Notes: generated by a model from the sequence alone, not told the origin. Positions 8,767-17,664 are shown, counted from the stretch's first letter. The stretch: 61,631 nt of DNA from Pseudomonadota bacterium (GCA_043804515.1 JAZDIZ010000024.1:1-61631), one strand, 5' to 3'. Numbers and translations: made by a program.

Positions 8767-10121
8767 GCGCGCGCATCCTTGTGGTCGATGATGACAGGGG
8801 CATGTGTGAACTTCTTCACGCAAGCCTGAAAAAGCGCGGGTACGAAATCCGGGACCACTTGGATGCCGCCGCCGCTTTGAGGGACCTGGAAGCGGAAGAT
8901 TTCGACGTCGTCGTTACCGATCTCAACATGAGAGGGATGAACGGCATCGAACTGTGCCAGAAGATTTCGGAAAACCGGCCTAACACGCCCGTCATCGTGA
9001 TCACGGCGTTCGGAAGCCTGGAAACGGCGGTGGCCGCCATCCGGGCCGGCGCCTACGATTTCGTCCAGAAGCCACTTGAAATCGACGCGCTCGTCCTCGT
9101 CCTGGAACGGGCGATCCAACATCGTACGCTGCGCGAAGAGGTGAGGCGCTTGCGTCAAACCGTCCAACGTTACACGGAACCGGAGATCATGCTTGGGGCC
9201 AGCGAGCCGATGAGCAAGCTCCTGCAGATGATCGAAAAAGTATCTCAAGGCGACCCCACGGTCCTCATCTACGGCGAAACGGGCTCGGGCAAGGAACTCG
9301 TGGCGCGCCGGATCCACCAGTCGGGGATGCGGAGCAGAGAGCCGTTCATTGCCGTCAATTGCGCCGCCATGCCGGCCACGCTTTTGGAGAGCGAGATGTT
9401 CGGCCACGTTCGGGGAGCTTTTACGGACGCCCGAAGCGACCGGAACGGCCTCTTCGTTCAAGCCCATCGCGGCGTATTGTTCCTGGACGAGGTCGGAGAG
9501 CTTCCTATGGAGCTGCAGCCGAAGCTCCTCCGCGCCTTGCAGGAGCGAAAAGTGCGCCCCGTCGGATCGGACCGGGAGGTCCCTTTTGACGTTCAGATCA
9601 TCGCCTCCACGAACCGGGACTTGGAACAGGAAGTCGAGGAGGGCCGATTCAGGAAGGATCTCTTCTTCAGGATCCACGTGGTCTCCATCTTCGTTCCGCC
9701 CCTTAGGATGCGCGGAAACGACATCTTGCTCTTGGCGCAGCATTTTTTGGGGCAATTCGCGGCGAAGTCGAAAAGGCCCGTGGATGGGATATCGACGCCG
9801 GCGGCCGAAAAATTGCTGGCGTACGACTGGCCCGGAAACGTCCGGGAGCTTCAGAACTGTATCGAGCGCGCCGTGGCGCTGACCAGCTTCCAGTCCATCG
9901 TCGTCGGGGATCTGCCGGAGGCCGTGAGTGAGCCGAAACATTCCGCGTCCGCGTTGCGCACGAGTGATCCAGGGGAGATTCTTCCGATCCAGGAGATGGA
10001 GCGCCGCCACATTCTGAACGTGATGGAGCGGTTGGGTGGAAACCGGACCGTGGCTGCCAAGGCTCTCGGCCTGGATCGCAAGACTCTCTATCGCAAGCTC
10101 AAAGCCTTCGGCATCGACTAA
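8763..10121 (+). CDS. sigma54-dependent response regulator (NtrC family: REC-AAA+-Fis HTH)
   Basis: The receiver Asp lies in VVVTDLNMRGMNG. Walker A is GETGSGKE, the GAFTGA-type loop reads GAFTDA, and the C-terminus has VAAKALGLDRKTLYRKL. There is a 4-nt overlap with the kinase gene. Confidence 0.92.
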   Translation: MSARILVVDDDRGMCELLHASLKKRGYEIRDHLDAAAALRDLEAEDFDVVVTDLNMRGMNGIELCQKISENRPNTPVIVITAFGSLETAVAAIRAGAYDFVQKPLEIDALVLVLERAIQHRTLREEVRRLRQTVQRYTEPEIMLGASEPMSKLLQMIEKVSQGDPTVLIYGETGSGKELVARRIHQSGMRSREPFIAVNCAAMPATLLESEMFGHVRGAFTDARSDRNGLFVQAHRGVLFLDEVGELPMELQPKLLRALQERKVRPVGSDREVPFDVQIIASTNRDLEQEVEEGRFRKDLFFRIHVVSIFVPPLRMRGNDILLLAQHFLGQFAAKSKRPVDGISTPAAEKLLAYDWPGNVRELQNCIERAVALTSFQSIVVGDLPEAVSEPKHSASALRTSDPGEILPIQEMERRHILNVMERLGGNRTVAAKALGLDRKTLYRKLKAFGID

Positions 10122-10126
10122 CCGGG

Positions 10127-10156
10127 GCGTTTTGCCACGTGTGGCGTTTTGCCACG
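10127..10156 (+). promoter_or_regulatory. tandem 13-nt direct repeat GCGTTTTGCCACG (x2, 17-nt period) containing the palindrome GCCAC-GT-GTGGC; candidate activator binding site
   Basis: Read directly from the sequence, just after the NtrC-type gene and about 60 nt upstream of a -24/-12-like element. Confidence 0.3.
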
Positions 10157-10198
10157 CATTTCTCACATCGAATTCCCGTCATTTCAACGGCTTACTCT

Positions 10199-10214
10199 TG
10201 GCATCATTCTTGAT
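10199..10214 (+). promoter_or_regulatory. weak sigma54-type promoter candidate, TGGCAT-N5-TTGAT
   Basis: The GG to G spacing is correct (12 nt), but the conserved -12 C is an A. It overlaps the upstream ATG at 10213, which favours the ATG at 10237 as the start. Confidence 0.25.
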
Positions 10215-10236
10215 GAAGAAGAGGGCGAGGGAAATC

Positions 10237-10719
10237 ATGACACAAGCTGAAACGTTCACGATTCGTGAGGAGAGGTACGGCAAAGAGCACGCGGCTGACA
10301 ACGAAGTTTGGCTCAGCCAGCGGCCCACGAGAGTCTTAGTAGCCGAGGATGACGACGAGATGCGGAAGTTGATCACGTCGTCACTCAGAAAGGACGGCTA
10401 CGAAGTATGGGAAGCGCGCAACGGCATGGAGTTCCTGAGTTATCTCTCCGCGTTCGACACGACGATCTCTCATTACACGCGGAAGGAACCTCCGGATCTC
10501 ATCGTAACGGATGTCCGGATGCCCGGATTGAGCGGTCTGGAAGTATTGGAAGGGCTCCGGCAGATGAATTGGGCGGTGCCCGTGGTTTTGATTACGGCCT
10601 TCGGAGATGAGGCGACGCACGCCGAGGCCGAGCGACTTGGGGTAGTGGCGATTTTCGACAAGCCGTTCGACCTATACGAATTCCGAGGGGCGATTCTGAA
10701 GGGGATGCCTCCCTACTAG
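10237..10719 (+). CDS. stand-alone response-regulator receiver protein
   Basis: VLVAEDDDEMRKL...DLIVTDVRMPGLSG...VVLITAFGD...FDKPF. GAGGG lies 6 nt upstream of the ATG at 10237. The alternative start is ATG 10213. Confidence 0.85.
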   Translation: MTQAETFTIREERYGKEHAADNEVWLSQRPTRVLVAEDDDEMRKLITSSLRKDGYEVWEARNGMEFLSYLSAFDTTISHYTRKEPPDLIVTDVRMPGLSGLEVLEGLRQMNWAVPVVLITAFGDEATHAEAERLGVVAIFDKPFDLYEFRGAILKGMPPY

Positions 10720-10920
10720 TCGCACTCCTTCAGCATTGCTCCGCCGCCGGTGTTGTGGGCGAGATGGGACGTGGCGGCACCGGCGGCGGATGCACATGGA
10801 TGATGCGGGGCTGAGCAGCCAGCCCCCAGGCTAATGAGCCCCGCCATCCATAGTTTTCACATTTAAGAGTTAATCCTTAATAGTTTACTGCCACGGGGGG
10901 GATCACATACGTTGGTTGCG

Positions 10921-11760
10921 ATGAAAAGATCCCACGCTTTGGGGCTCTTGGCGGCGACAGCCGTTCTCTGGAGCCTGGGAGGACTCCTCATCAAATTGGT
11001 GGTGTGGCCTCCCTTGGCCATCGCCGGATTTCGAAGCGCCATTGCAGCTCTGGTCCTCTGGATTCTATGCCGGCCGGTCCGGTTGACCTTTTCCCGCTAC
11101 CAATGGGGCGGGGCCATCGCTTACGCGGGAACGGTGATGCTGTTCGTTACGGCTACCAAGATGACGACGGCGGCGAATGCGATCCTGCTTCAGTACACGG
11201 CCCCGGTGTACGTGGCCGCTTTCGCCTACCCGTTCTTGAAAGAACGCACCACGAAGCTGGACTGGTTCGCCATCCTTCTCGCCCTTTCGGGGATGCTTCT
11301 TTTCTTTCGGGATCGGATTTCGGTCAGCGGGGCCTGGGGAAACCTTTGGGCGATCATCAGTGCCTTGACGTTCGCGTGGCTGACGTTGTTCCTTAGGAAG
11401 CTGAAAGGACCGGAGACGTTCGGGGCTGTCCTCCTGGGAAATGTCATTACGGTCGTGCTGTGTTCGCCGTTCATGCTTCAAGTCCAAAAACCGGATGCCG
11501 TAAGCCTCTTTTCCATCCTAGGCCTCGGCGTTTTCCAGCTCGGGCTCTCGTACTATCTCTATGCCAAAGCCATCCAGCACGTCAGGGCTTTGGAGGCAAT
11601 GATGGTGCAGTTCATCGAGCCGATCCTGAATCCGATCTGGGTTCTTATCTTTGTGGGGGAGAGGCCCGGGGCGTTCGCGATCGTGGGCGGAATCATGATC
11701 CTGACGGCCGTGGCCATGCGCACGATGCGCGGTTTGTCGAAATCACGCGCCCTTGCTTGA
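10921..11760 (+). CDS. EamA/DMT-family transporter
   Basis: About 10 predicted TM helices and a two-fold EamA repeat pattern. The ATG at 10921 lies just inside the longer TTG-initiated ORF. Confidence 0.8.
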   Translation: MKRSHALGLLAATAVLWSLGGLLIKLVVWPPLAIAGFRSAIAALVLWILCRPVRLTFSRYQWGGAIAYAGTVMLFVTATKMTTAANAILLQYTAPVYVAAFAYPFLKERTTKLDWFAILLALSGMLLFFRDRISVSGAWGNLWAIISALTFAWLTLFLRKLKGPETFGAVLLGNVITVVLCSPFMLQVQKPDAVSLFSILGLGVFQLGLSYYLYAKAIQHVRALEAMMVQFIEPILNPIWVLIFVGERPGAFAIVGGIMILTAVAMRTMRGLSKSRALA

Positions 11761-11800
11761 CGTTCCGTTTTCCGGGCGTAAATGAACATCCGACAGTGAA

Positions 11801-12325
11801 ATGATGCGATCTCTGTTTTTTTTGGCCCTTCTTTCAGGAGGAACCGCGATGGCGATGGAAATTTCTTCCCCCAGCTTCAAACCGAACGGTGAAATCCCGG
11901 CCCCTTTCACATGCGAGGGACGCGACGTCTCCCCCGAGCTCCGCTTTTCCGGCGTTCCGGCGGGTGCGAAAAGCCTTGTTCTGATCGTGGATGACCCGGA
12001 CGCCCCGGATCCGAAAGCGCCGCGGACAACTTGGGTGCACTGGGTGCTGTACGACATCCCTCCGAAGACGGCAGGCATCAAGGAAGCGATGACGTCGCGG
12101 GACCTTCCGAAAGGTATTCGGGAGGGCCTTAACGATTGGAACCACACGGGATACGGCGGGCCGTGTCCGCCGATCGGGCGGCATCGTTATTTTTTCAAAC
12201 TCTATGCTCTGTCCAAGGAACTCGGTGACCTCAAGCGCGTTTCGAAAGGGCAAGTCGTGCAAGCGATGGAAGGCGCCGTGATTGAAAAAGCCGAGATGAT
12301 CGGCACGTACGAAAAGAAACATTAG
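11801..12325 (+). CDS. YbhB/YbcL family (PEBP/Raf-kinase-inhibitor-like) periplasmic protein
   Basis: Signal peptide, then DDPDAPDP, WVHWVLYDIP and GYGGPCPPIGRHRYFFKLYAL. Confidence 0.9.
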   Translation: MMRSLFFLALLSGGTAMAMEISSPSFKPNGEIPAPFTCEGRDVSPELRFSGVPAGAKSLVLIVDDPDAPDPKAPRTTWVHWVLYDIPPKTAGIKEAMTSRDLPKGIREGLNDWNHTGYGGPCPPIGRHRYFFKLYALSKELGDLKRVSKGQVVQAMEGAVIEKAEMIGTYEKKH

Positions 12326-12400
12326 CGTCGAAAAGTTCGCGTCCTCGAATAAGTCCGAACGGCAAGTGTTCCGAAAACGGGGAAATACACACAAAAACCG

Positions 12401-12428
12401 TTGACACTGGATGACAATACATTACATT
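12401..12428 (+). promoter_or_regulatory. sigma70-type promoter candidate, TTGACA-16 nt-TACATT
   Basis: Consensus -35 at 12401-12406 and TACATT at 12423-12428, about 65 nt upstream of the next gene. Confidence 0.45.
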
Positions 12429-12491
12429 TCTGCGCTGCGTTGCTGTTGAAGTAGACGCTGAAGTCCGTTTCCACAGTTGAATAGGAGATTG

Positions 12492-13217
12492 ATGATGAGA
12501 CCTACGCCCAAAACGTCCCACAAAATCCAAGAGACCGTCGAGCTGTTCGGTGAAGACGGCCTGGAAGGGGATTTTCTATCGGACCTGGATAAGGCATTTG
12601 AAGCCATCCAGATCACGCCCAAGTCCGTCCCCAGGAACGCTCCCACGGTCAAGCGCAGGAAGCGCGAGCGCGAGATGCTTCAAATGCAAAATACGTTCGT
12701 TGCCGTCACGCAGGTTCACCTGCGTCCCACGCTCCGGTATCTCAAGGCGATCCGGTTGGGCGTGGCCTCGAGGGATTTGTGCGAGATCGTCCACTATGTG
12801 GTGGGCCCGATTATCGGCAAGACCCGAAAGGTCGGCTTGGATGAACACACGAGGGCGCTTATCGCATTCCAACGGGTTCTCAAGAATTCGCTGAAGTCCC
12901 GGAACCACCGGATCACCCTGGACCAGCAGAAAGAGCTGGCCGCTGCGTTCATTCCTGTCGAGAAAGTGTTCCGATTGGACTTTCGCGGCCACTCCACGGC
13001 GGTCGTGAACCTTCTGGGTTATTACAAGGCGCTCAAGCGCAATCCGGAAGTGACCGAGACGGAGATGAAGAAGCTTTTCGCGATCGGCATACCTTCGCTC
13101 ACGATGCTTAGGAAGTCCTCCGTCGAAGAACTCGTCAGCCTTTCGGGCGTGGAGCCCGAGAAGATGTGGACGCTGCGGCGGAGCGCACGCCAGTTCAGCA
13201 TCTTGTCGCTCGTTTAA
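12492..13217 (+). CDS. hypothetical protein, no family recognised
   Basis: AGGAG precedes ATGATG at 12492/12495. The ORF is about 240 aa with a basic KRRKRERE patch and a predicted helical C-terminal part. No motif was recognised. Confidence 0.7.
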   Translation: MMRPTPKTSHKIQETVELFGEDGLEGDFLSDLDKAFEAIQITPKSVPRNAPTVKRRKREREMLQMQNTFVAVTQVHLRPTLRYLKAIRLGVASRDLCEIVHYVVGPIIGKTRKVGLDEHTRALIAFQRVLKNSLKSRNHRITLDQQKELAAAFIPVEKVFRLDFRGHSTAVVNLLGYYKALKRNPEVTETEMKKLFAIGIPSLTMLRKSSVEELVSLSGVEPEKMWTLRRSARQFSILSLV

Positions 13218-13323
13218 CGAAGAAACCTACTGGTAGCGGGTATTCGATCCGGATGCCCGCTTGCCGGGCGCCAAGAAGCTCCGTCTAGGAGACTGACGTA
13301 GCTGAGGGTAGGATGACCTCCTT

Positions 13324-13698
13324 ATGGGATTCCTCCTTCGTGTTCTGGTCAACGCTCTCGCGATCATTCTTGTGGCCTCCGTTGTCCCCGGCATCGAGGT
13401 CACCGGTCTGGTTCCGGCCATAGCGGCCGGTTTGATTCTGGGCCTGATCAACGGATTCATCCGGCCCATTCTCATTCTCCTCACGCTTCCGTTCACGATC
13501 CTCACGCTGGGCCTCTTTCTTTTCATCTTGAATGCGCTCTGCCTGGAACTCACGTCGGCTTTGGTGAAGGGCTTCGTTATCCACGGCTTCGGATCGGCTC
13601 TCTTGGGAGCCCTGATCGTAAGCGTTGTGAGTTGGATTCTGACGGCGCTTATCTCGGACCGGGGGAAGATTGCTTTCATCCATCGGAAAGGACCGTAA
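13324..13698 (+). CDS. small 4-TM membrane protein of the YvlD/DUF360 family (Pfam phage_holin_4_2)
   Basis: LLRVLVNALAIILVASVVPGIEV...LINGFIRPILILLTLPFTILTLGLF is typical of this family. Confidence 0.8.
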   Translation: MGFLLRVLVNALAIILVASVVPGIEVTGLVPAIAAGLILGLINGFIRPILILLTLPFTILTLGLFLFILNALCLELTSALVKGFVIHGFGSALLGALIVSVVSWILTALISDRGKIAFIHRKGP

Positions 13699-13699
13699 C

Positions 13700-14656
13700 G
13701 TGCATAGAAACCGCTTCTTCCTGATCGTTCCGGTTTTGCTTCTGGCCTTTGGGTGTGTGAAAAGACCTCCGGATCTTTCGCACCCTGCGGGCGCGCCCGA
13801 GATCAAAGCCGTTCATAACGCTCTTGGAGTGACGGTCTGGAACCGGGGCACGTCATACATCCTCCATAACGAACCCGATGCCAAAGGCGTGATCTCCGAG
13901 GAAAAGAAAGGGAGCCTCCGGGCTTTAGTCTGGGGATTGGCCGCTCCGATCGGTTTCGCGGTGGACTCCCGCCGGGCGCAATTCTATGTCATCGACGGCT
14001 CTCACGTGGCGATCTACAAGATCAAAAACCCGGGAGAGGCTCCCAAGATCATCGAAGTGGCGGAAAGCTCACCGCTGTCCGACATCACGTTTTCGATCAT
14101 GAACCGGCGGGCGTACGCGGTTTCGCCCGAGGCACGGGCCGTCTGGGTCGTGAATCCCGTGGACGGGAAAGCGGATCGGATCGTCGGGCCGGAGGTTTTC
14201 CGGCCGGAGGCATTCGGAAAACCCACCCGCGTCATGGCCACCACGGACGGGATGCGACTTTACATCGCCACGGCGGCTCCCGCCCAACTCCTGGCTTACG
14301 ATCTTCACCGGCGGAAACTCTCGCTTCTGGCGGCGCTTCCCGAGGGGACGGAGCCTATGGCATTGGATCTCTATAAGGAGCACTTTATCGTTACGGGAGG
14401 TGCCGAGGGGGAGGTGTATGCGATCCACCGGAAAACCCTCGATGTGTCTTCCGTGGCTCTCCCACCGGAGGCCTTTGGCGTGGTTGCGGCCGTCGCAGGA
14501 GACGTGGGCCTGGTTCTTCTCGTGAAGGAAGGCGACGACAACCGGGAGAAGCTGATCCGTACGCCGTTTAAGATCCAGGAAATGGAGGACGAAGACGACG
14601 ACTCGGGGGCCGGCCCGGATTCCTGCGAGGGTTCCGATAAAGAACCAGGATCTTGA
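13700..14656 (+). CDS. secreted or lipoprotein candidate with beta-propeller-like repeats and an acidic C-terminal tail
   Basis: The GTG at 13700 comes directly after the previous stop. The N-terminus is VHRNRFFLIVPVLLLAFGC. Repeated xYVIDG/VWVVNP/LYIATA strands are present, and the tail is EMEDEDDDSG. Confidence 0.7.
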   Translation: MHRNRFFLIVPVLLLAFGCVKRPPDLSHPAGAPEIKAVHNALGVTVWNRGTSYILHNEPDAKGVISEEKKGSLRALVWGLAAPIGFAVDSRRAQFYVIDGSHVAIYKIKNPGEAPKIIEVAESSPLSDITFSIMNRRAYAVSPEARAVWVVNPVDGKADRIVGPEVFRPEAFGKPTRVMATTDGMRLYIATAAPAQLLAYDLHRRKLSLLAALPEGTEPMALDLYKEHFIVTGGAEGEVYAIHRKTLDVSSVALPPEAFGVVAAVAGDVGLVLLVKEGDDNREKLIRTPFKIQEMEDEDDDSGAGPDSCEGSDKEPGS

Positions 14657-14682
14657 CGCCAGGCCCTAAAACGGGTGGTAAA

Positions 14683-15282
14683 ATGCGCCTTATGAACCGC
14701 CATCTCGCCTATTTCTCTCTATTGGGGATCGCTCTTTTCGCCTCCGCCCCGTATGCAACGGCAGGAGGGACGGGGAAACTATCGATCGCCACGACGCCTC
14801 GAGTTCAGATCTACCTTGACGAGAAATCGATCGGCAGATCCCCGATTCGGGGACTCAACGTGGCATCGGGCCGTCACCGTCTGGCGTACGAGAGCAAGAA
14901 GTTGGGGTCCCGCATCGAAATGGATGTCCTCGTGAGGGAGGGAAGGCATCTGGAATGTTCGTACAATTTTGAAAAAGGGGAGCAGAACTGCTCCGAGGCG
15001 AAGCCCAAGACGGCGTCCGCAAAGGTCTCCACGACCCTCGACCTCCTCTCCGACCCTCCTGCGGACGTGTATTTAGATGATCGATGGATCGGAAAATCAC
15101 CGCTTAGGAAATTCGAAGTCACCGACGGAGCCCACCGCGTGGAATTCCGCAATCCTGCATACGAACCGGTAATCCGTGATGTCGACGTGAAAACCGGGGA
15201 GAGCATGGAGGTTAAAGCGAAATTCACGTCGGTGCAGAAGACGGTGGTAACGCCGGAAGAGTCCAAATCCGAGGCAAATTGA
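14683..15282 (+). CDS. PEGA-domain protein (two PEGA repeats), secreted
   Basis: Signal peptide, then two copies of the pattern xxVYLDxxxIGxSPLxxxxVxxGxHRV. The start is ATG 14683 or 14692. Confidence 0.8.
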   Translation: MRLMNRHLAYFSLLGIALFASAPYATAGGTGKLSIATTPRVQIYLDEKSIGRSPIRGLNVASGRHRLAYESKKLGSRIEMDVLVREGRHLECSYNFEKGEQNCSEAKPKTASAKVSTTLDLLSDPPADVYLDDRWIGKSPLRKFEVTDGAHRVEFRNPAYEPVIRDVDVKTGESMEVKAKFTSVQKTVVTPEESKSEAN

Positions 15283-15292
15283 GTACGGCGCG

Positions 15293-15664
15293 ATGACGCG
15301 CGAGAGCTTCGAGGACCTTCTGGACGAGATCCTGGATTCGATTCCCGACGAATTCGCCGAAAAGCTGGAGAACGTGGAGTTTATCGTTCACGCCCAGCCG
15401 AACGAAACCACTCGCAAGCAGATGAAACTTCGAGGCGACGAGACGCTTCTGGGGCTGTACCAGGGGGTCCCGTTTTCGTACCGTTCACCCACCTGGTATG
15501 CGGGCGTCCTACCGGACCGGATCATCATTTATCAGAAGAACATCGAGGCTGTGGCGGGGAGGGGCGACAGAGTGAAAACGGTGCTTCGCCGGACGCTTCT
15601 CCACGAGGTCGCCCATTACTTCGGGATCAGCGACAAGCGCCTGCGCGAGATCGGGGCGTACTGA
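15293..15664 (+). CDS. zincin-like metallopeptidase family protein (DUF1025/Zincin_1)
   Basis: LLHEVAHYFGISD HExxH motif at the C-terminus; the small acidic protein is typical of this family. Confidence 0.8.
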   Translation: MTRESFEDLLDEILDSIPDEFAEKLENVEFIVHAQPNETTRKQMKLRGDETLLGLYQGVPFSYRSPTWYAGVLPDRIIIYQKNIEAVAGRGDRVKTVLRRTLLHEVAHYFGISDKRLREIGAY

Positions 15665-15693
15665 AAGCGCTTTTCCACGTGCTTCCAAATAAT

Positions 15694-15813
15694 GGCGGGC
15701 GGATCACTGCCTTCGCTCCGTGGCTCGGATCGTATCACCGGGGACACCCTTAGGGGTGTCCCCATCAGCGCGATCCTGCGCCTTACCTCCGCTCCGGCAG
15801 CGCCCCGCCCGCC
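15694..15813 (+). repeat. structured extragenic element, copy B
   Basis: GGCGGGCGG...TCGCTCCGTGGCTCGGATCGTATCAC-GGGGACACCC-TTA-GGGGTGTCCCC...GCGATCCTGCGCC...CCGCCCGCC. Begins 30 nt after the preceding stop. Confidence 0.8.
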
Positions 15814-15970
15814 TTCGCTTTGCAGCAGTGGCCAAGCTCCACCACAGCGCCCGGGTCGTCGCTTCTAGATAAACAAAAAAAGGCGACCCGCCGAAAGCCG
15901 TAAACCGGCGAGGCGACCTAATTAGGAAATAAAGAATGGAGGAGGGGCCGGGTTCAACATTGCATCCGCC

Positions 15971-16027
15971 CCGGAGGTAGGCCGTAGGTGCCCACTCGTT
16001 AATTGGTCTGGCGTCCCTCGAATTCTC
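15971..16027 (+). repeat. direct repeat, left copy, upstream of proC; ends in AATTGGTCTGGCGTCCCTCGAATTCTC
   Basis: 25 of the 27 terminal nt are identical to 17140-17166, with weaker similarity over the preceding 30 nt or so. Confidence 0.6.
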
Positions 16028-16086
16028 TACATCCTGTCCCTTTCCCTGAGGATCGATGGTAAAAGAGGGTCGATAGGAGAGTCGGG

Positions 16087-16914
16087 ATGCTCAAAGAAAA
16101 GAAAATCGGATTTATCGGGGCGGGAAGCATGGCTCGGGCTTTCGTGGGGGGGCTCTTGCGCGGCAATCACACGCAAAAGTCGCAGCTCCTTGCCTCCCAC
16201 CACCGTGAGGAAAAGGCGAAAGCGTTCGCGGCGGAGTTCGGGATCGAGACATTTACAGACAACAAACGGGTCGCCACACGCGCGGATATCGTCGTGCTCG
16301 GCGTGAAACCGCAGGTTCTCGAGAAAGTGGTGGATGAGATCGCTTCGGAGATCACCCCGTCAAAGTTGGTGATCTCGATCGCGGCCGGCGTGCCGATTGA
16401 GGCGATCGAGAAGCGTCTCCCGCCTCGATCCAGGGTCATCCGGGTGATGCCGAATATTCCCGCTCTCGTGGGAGCCGGCGCTACCGCTCTCTCGGGAGGG
16501 GACCACGCCTCGGAAGAGGACCTTTCCATCGCGCGGGCGCTTTTCGACGCCGTCGGAAAGACGGTGGTGGTGGAAGAGTATCTTCTGAATGCAGTGACGG
16601 GGCTTTCGGGGAGCGGCCCGGCCTATGTCTTTCTCATGATCGATGCGCTGGCGGATGCCGGCGTGAAAGTCGGACTTTCCAGGGACACTTCGTTGATGCT
16701 GTCGACCCAGACGGTTCTCGGAGCGGCCAAGCTTCTGATGGAATCGGGGGAACATCCCGGAAGGCTCAAAGACATGGTGACGTCGCCCGGCGGGACGGCG
16801 ATTTCCGGGATTCACACGCTGGAACAGGGTGGTCTTCGAACGACCTTGATGAACGCGGTGGAGTGCGCGACGGAACGCTCGCGTGAGCTGGGAAAGCTCT
16901 ACTGGGGAAAATAG
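16087..16914 (+). CDS. proC: pyrroline-5-carboxylate reductase
   Basis: IGFIGAGSMA NADP-binding motif, VTSPGGTAISG...LEQGGLR, and full-length similarity to ProC. Confidence 0.95.
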   Translation: MLKEKKIGFIGAGSMARAFVGGLLRGNHTQKSQLLASHHREEKAKAFAAEFGIETFTDNKRVATRADIVVLGVKPQVLEKVVDEIASEITPSKLVISIAAGVPIEAIEKRLPPRSRVIRVMPNIPALVGAGATALSGGDHASEEDLSIARALFDAVGKTVVVEEYLLNAVTGLSGSGPAYVFLMIDALADAGVKVGLSRDTSLMLSTQTVLGAAKLLMESGEHPGRLKDMVTSPGGTAISGIHTLEQGGLRTTLMNAVECATERSRELGKLYWGK

Positions 16915-17109
16915 GAGTTTCCCGGCCCACGTCTTCACATCCTTGCAAAGATTTCGAAACTAGGTAGGAATCGGGGAGGAATCGAGGAATCGGGGGACAG
17001 CACACCCATTTGCTAGCCCGCCGTGGGCGCGGGGGAGACTCCGTCGCTTCACAAAATCATTTCACGGCTCTGAAGACGGGGCGGGGGCGGCATATGTGGC
17101 CAAGGCACC

Positions 17110-17166
17110 GCGGAGATAGGCCATGGAGGGCTATCTCCTAATTGGTAGGGCGTCCCTCGAATTCTC
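17110..17166 (+). repeat. direct repeat, right copy, downstream of proC; ends in AATTGGTAGGGCGTCCCTCGAATTCTC
   Basis: See the left copy. It also contains the hairpin GGAGATAG-N11-CTATCTCC and abuts or overlaps the stop of the convergent DUF3467 gene. Confidence 0.6.
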
Positions 17167-17485
17167 AATGAATTATCTGTGGTGTCGGCGGGGCGGTAGT
17201 CTCGGGGATTGAGCCGTACATTTCTTCGTACCGCCTAACGGAATCGGCCATAACTCTTAGAACGCGTTTCATGTGATTCGGATTAACGATGACCCGCGCT
17301 ACGAGTTTTCCAGCGGGAGGGAAGACGCTGAAAAAATCGAGAATGAATTCTTCTCTCGTGTGAGCAATGTTGGCGTTATTAGAGTAGGTTCCCCCAAGCG
17401 TTTCATCTGTCACTCGTACCTGTAGTTGTTTTTCCGATTTAACTGGATCGTCCGCCATTTGGCTTCCTCCCCCGTTGTTGGTCAA
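17165..17485 (-). CDS. DUF3467 family protein
   Basis: GTYSNNANIAHTREEFILDFF...ARVIVNPNHMKRVLRVMADSVRRYEEMYG is characteristic of DUF3467. Confidence 0.8.
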   Translation of the reverse strand: MTNNGGGSQMADDPVKSEKQLQVRVTDETLGGTYSNNANIAHTREEFILDFFSVFPPAGKLVARVIVNPNHMKRVLRVMADSVRRYEEMYGSIPETTAPPTPQIIH

Positions 17486-17664
17486 AGTCCTCGCCCCATT
17501 TTCGGGTCACAGACCATCAAAAACAAGCAAGATTAGCAAGGTTTGCAATGGCAGCAAGATCGCAACCTTCTGAAACCCTTTCCTAACAAGGCTGGCAAGA
17601 GGGAGGTGGTGCTCACATACACGCCCGGCACTCTGAGTTAGACGTAATGGCTAAAGTGACCGCA

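Noticed and set aside
7315-10166. 463-aa and 475-aa minus-strand ORFs
   Set aside because: They are antisense to the histidine kinase and NtrC-type genes, which carry unambiguous motifs. The translations have no motifs and a skewed composition.
13324-13698. 'Phage holin' family membership as evidence of a prophage
   Set aside because: There are no capsid, tail, terminase, integrase or lysin genes anywhere in the window. DUF360/YvlD proteins are common chromosomal membrane proteins.
17549-17564. Good sigma54-like match TGGCAG-N5-TCGCA on the plus strand
   Set aside because: There is no plus-strand gene downstream for about 1.6 kb, so it would only drive antisense transcription of the 17665-19032 gene. 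I kept it as a note rather than a feature.
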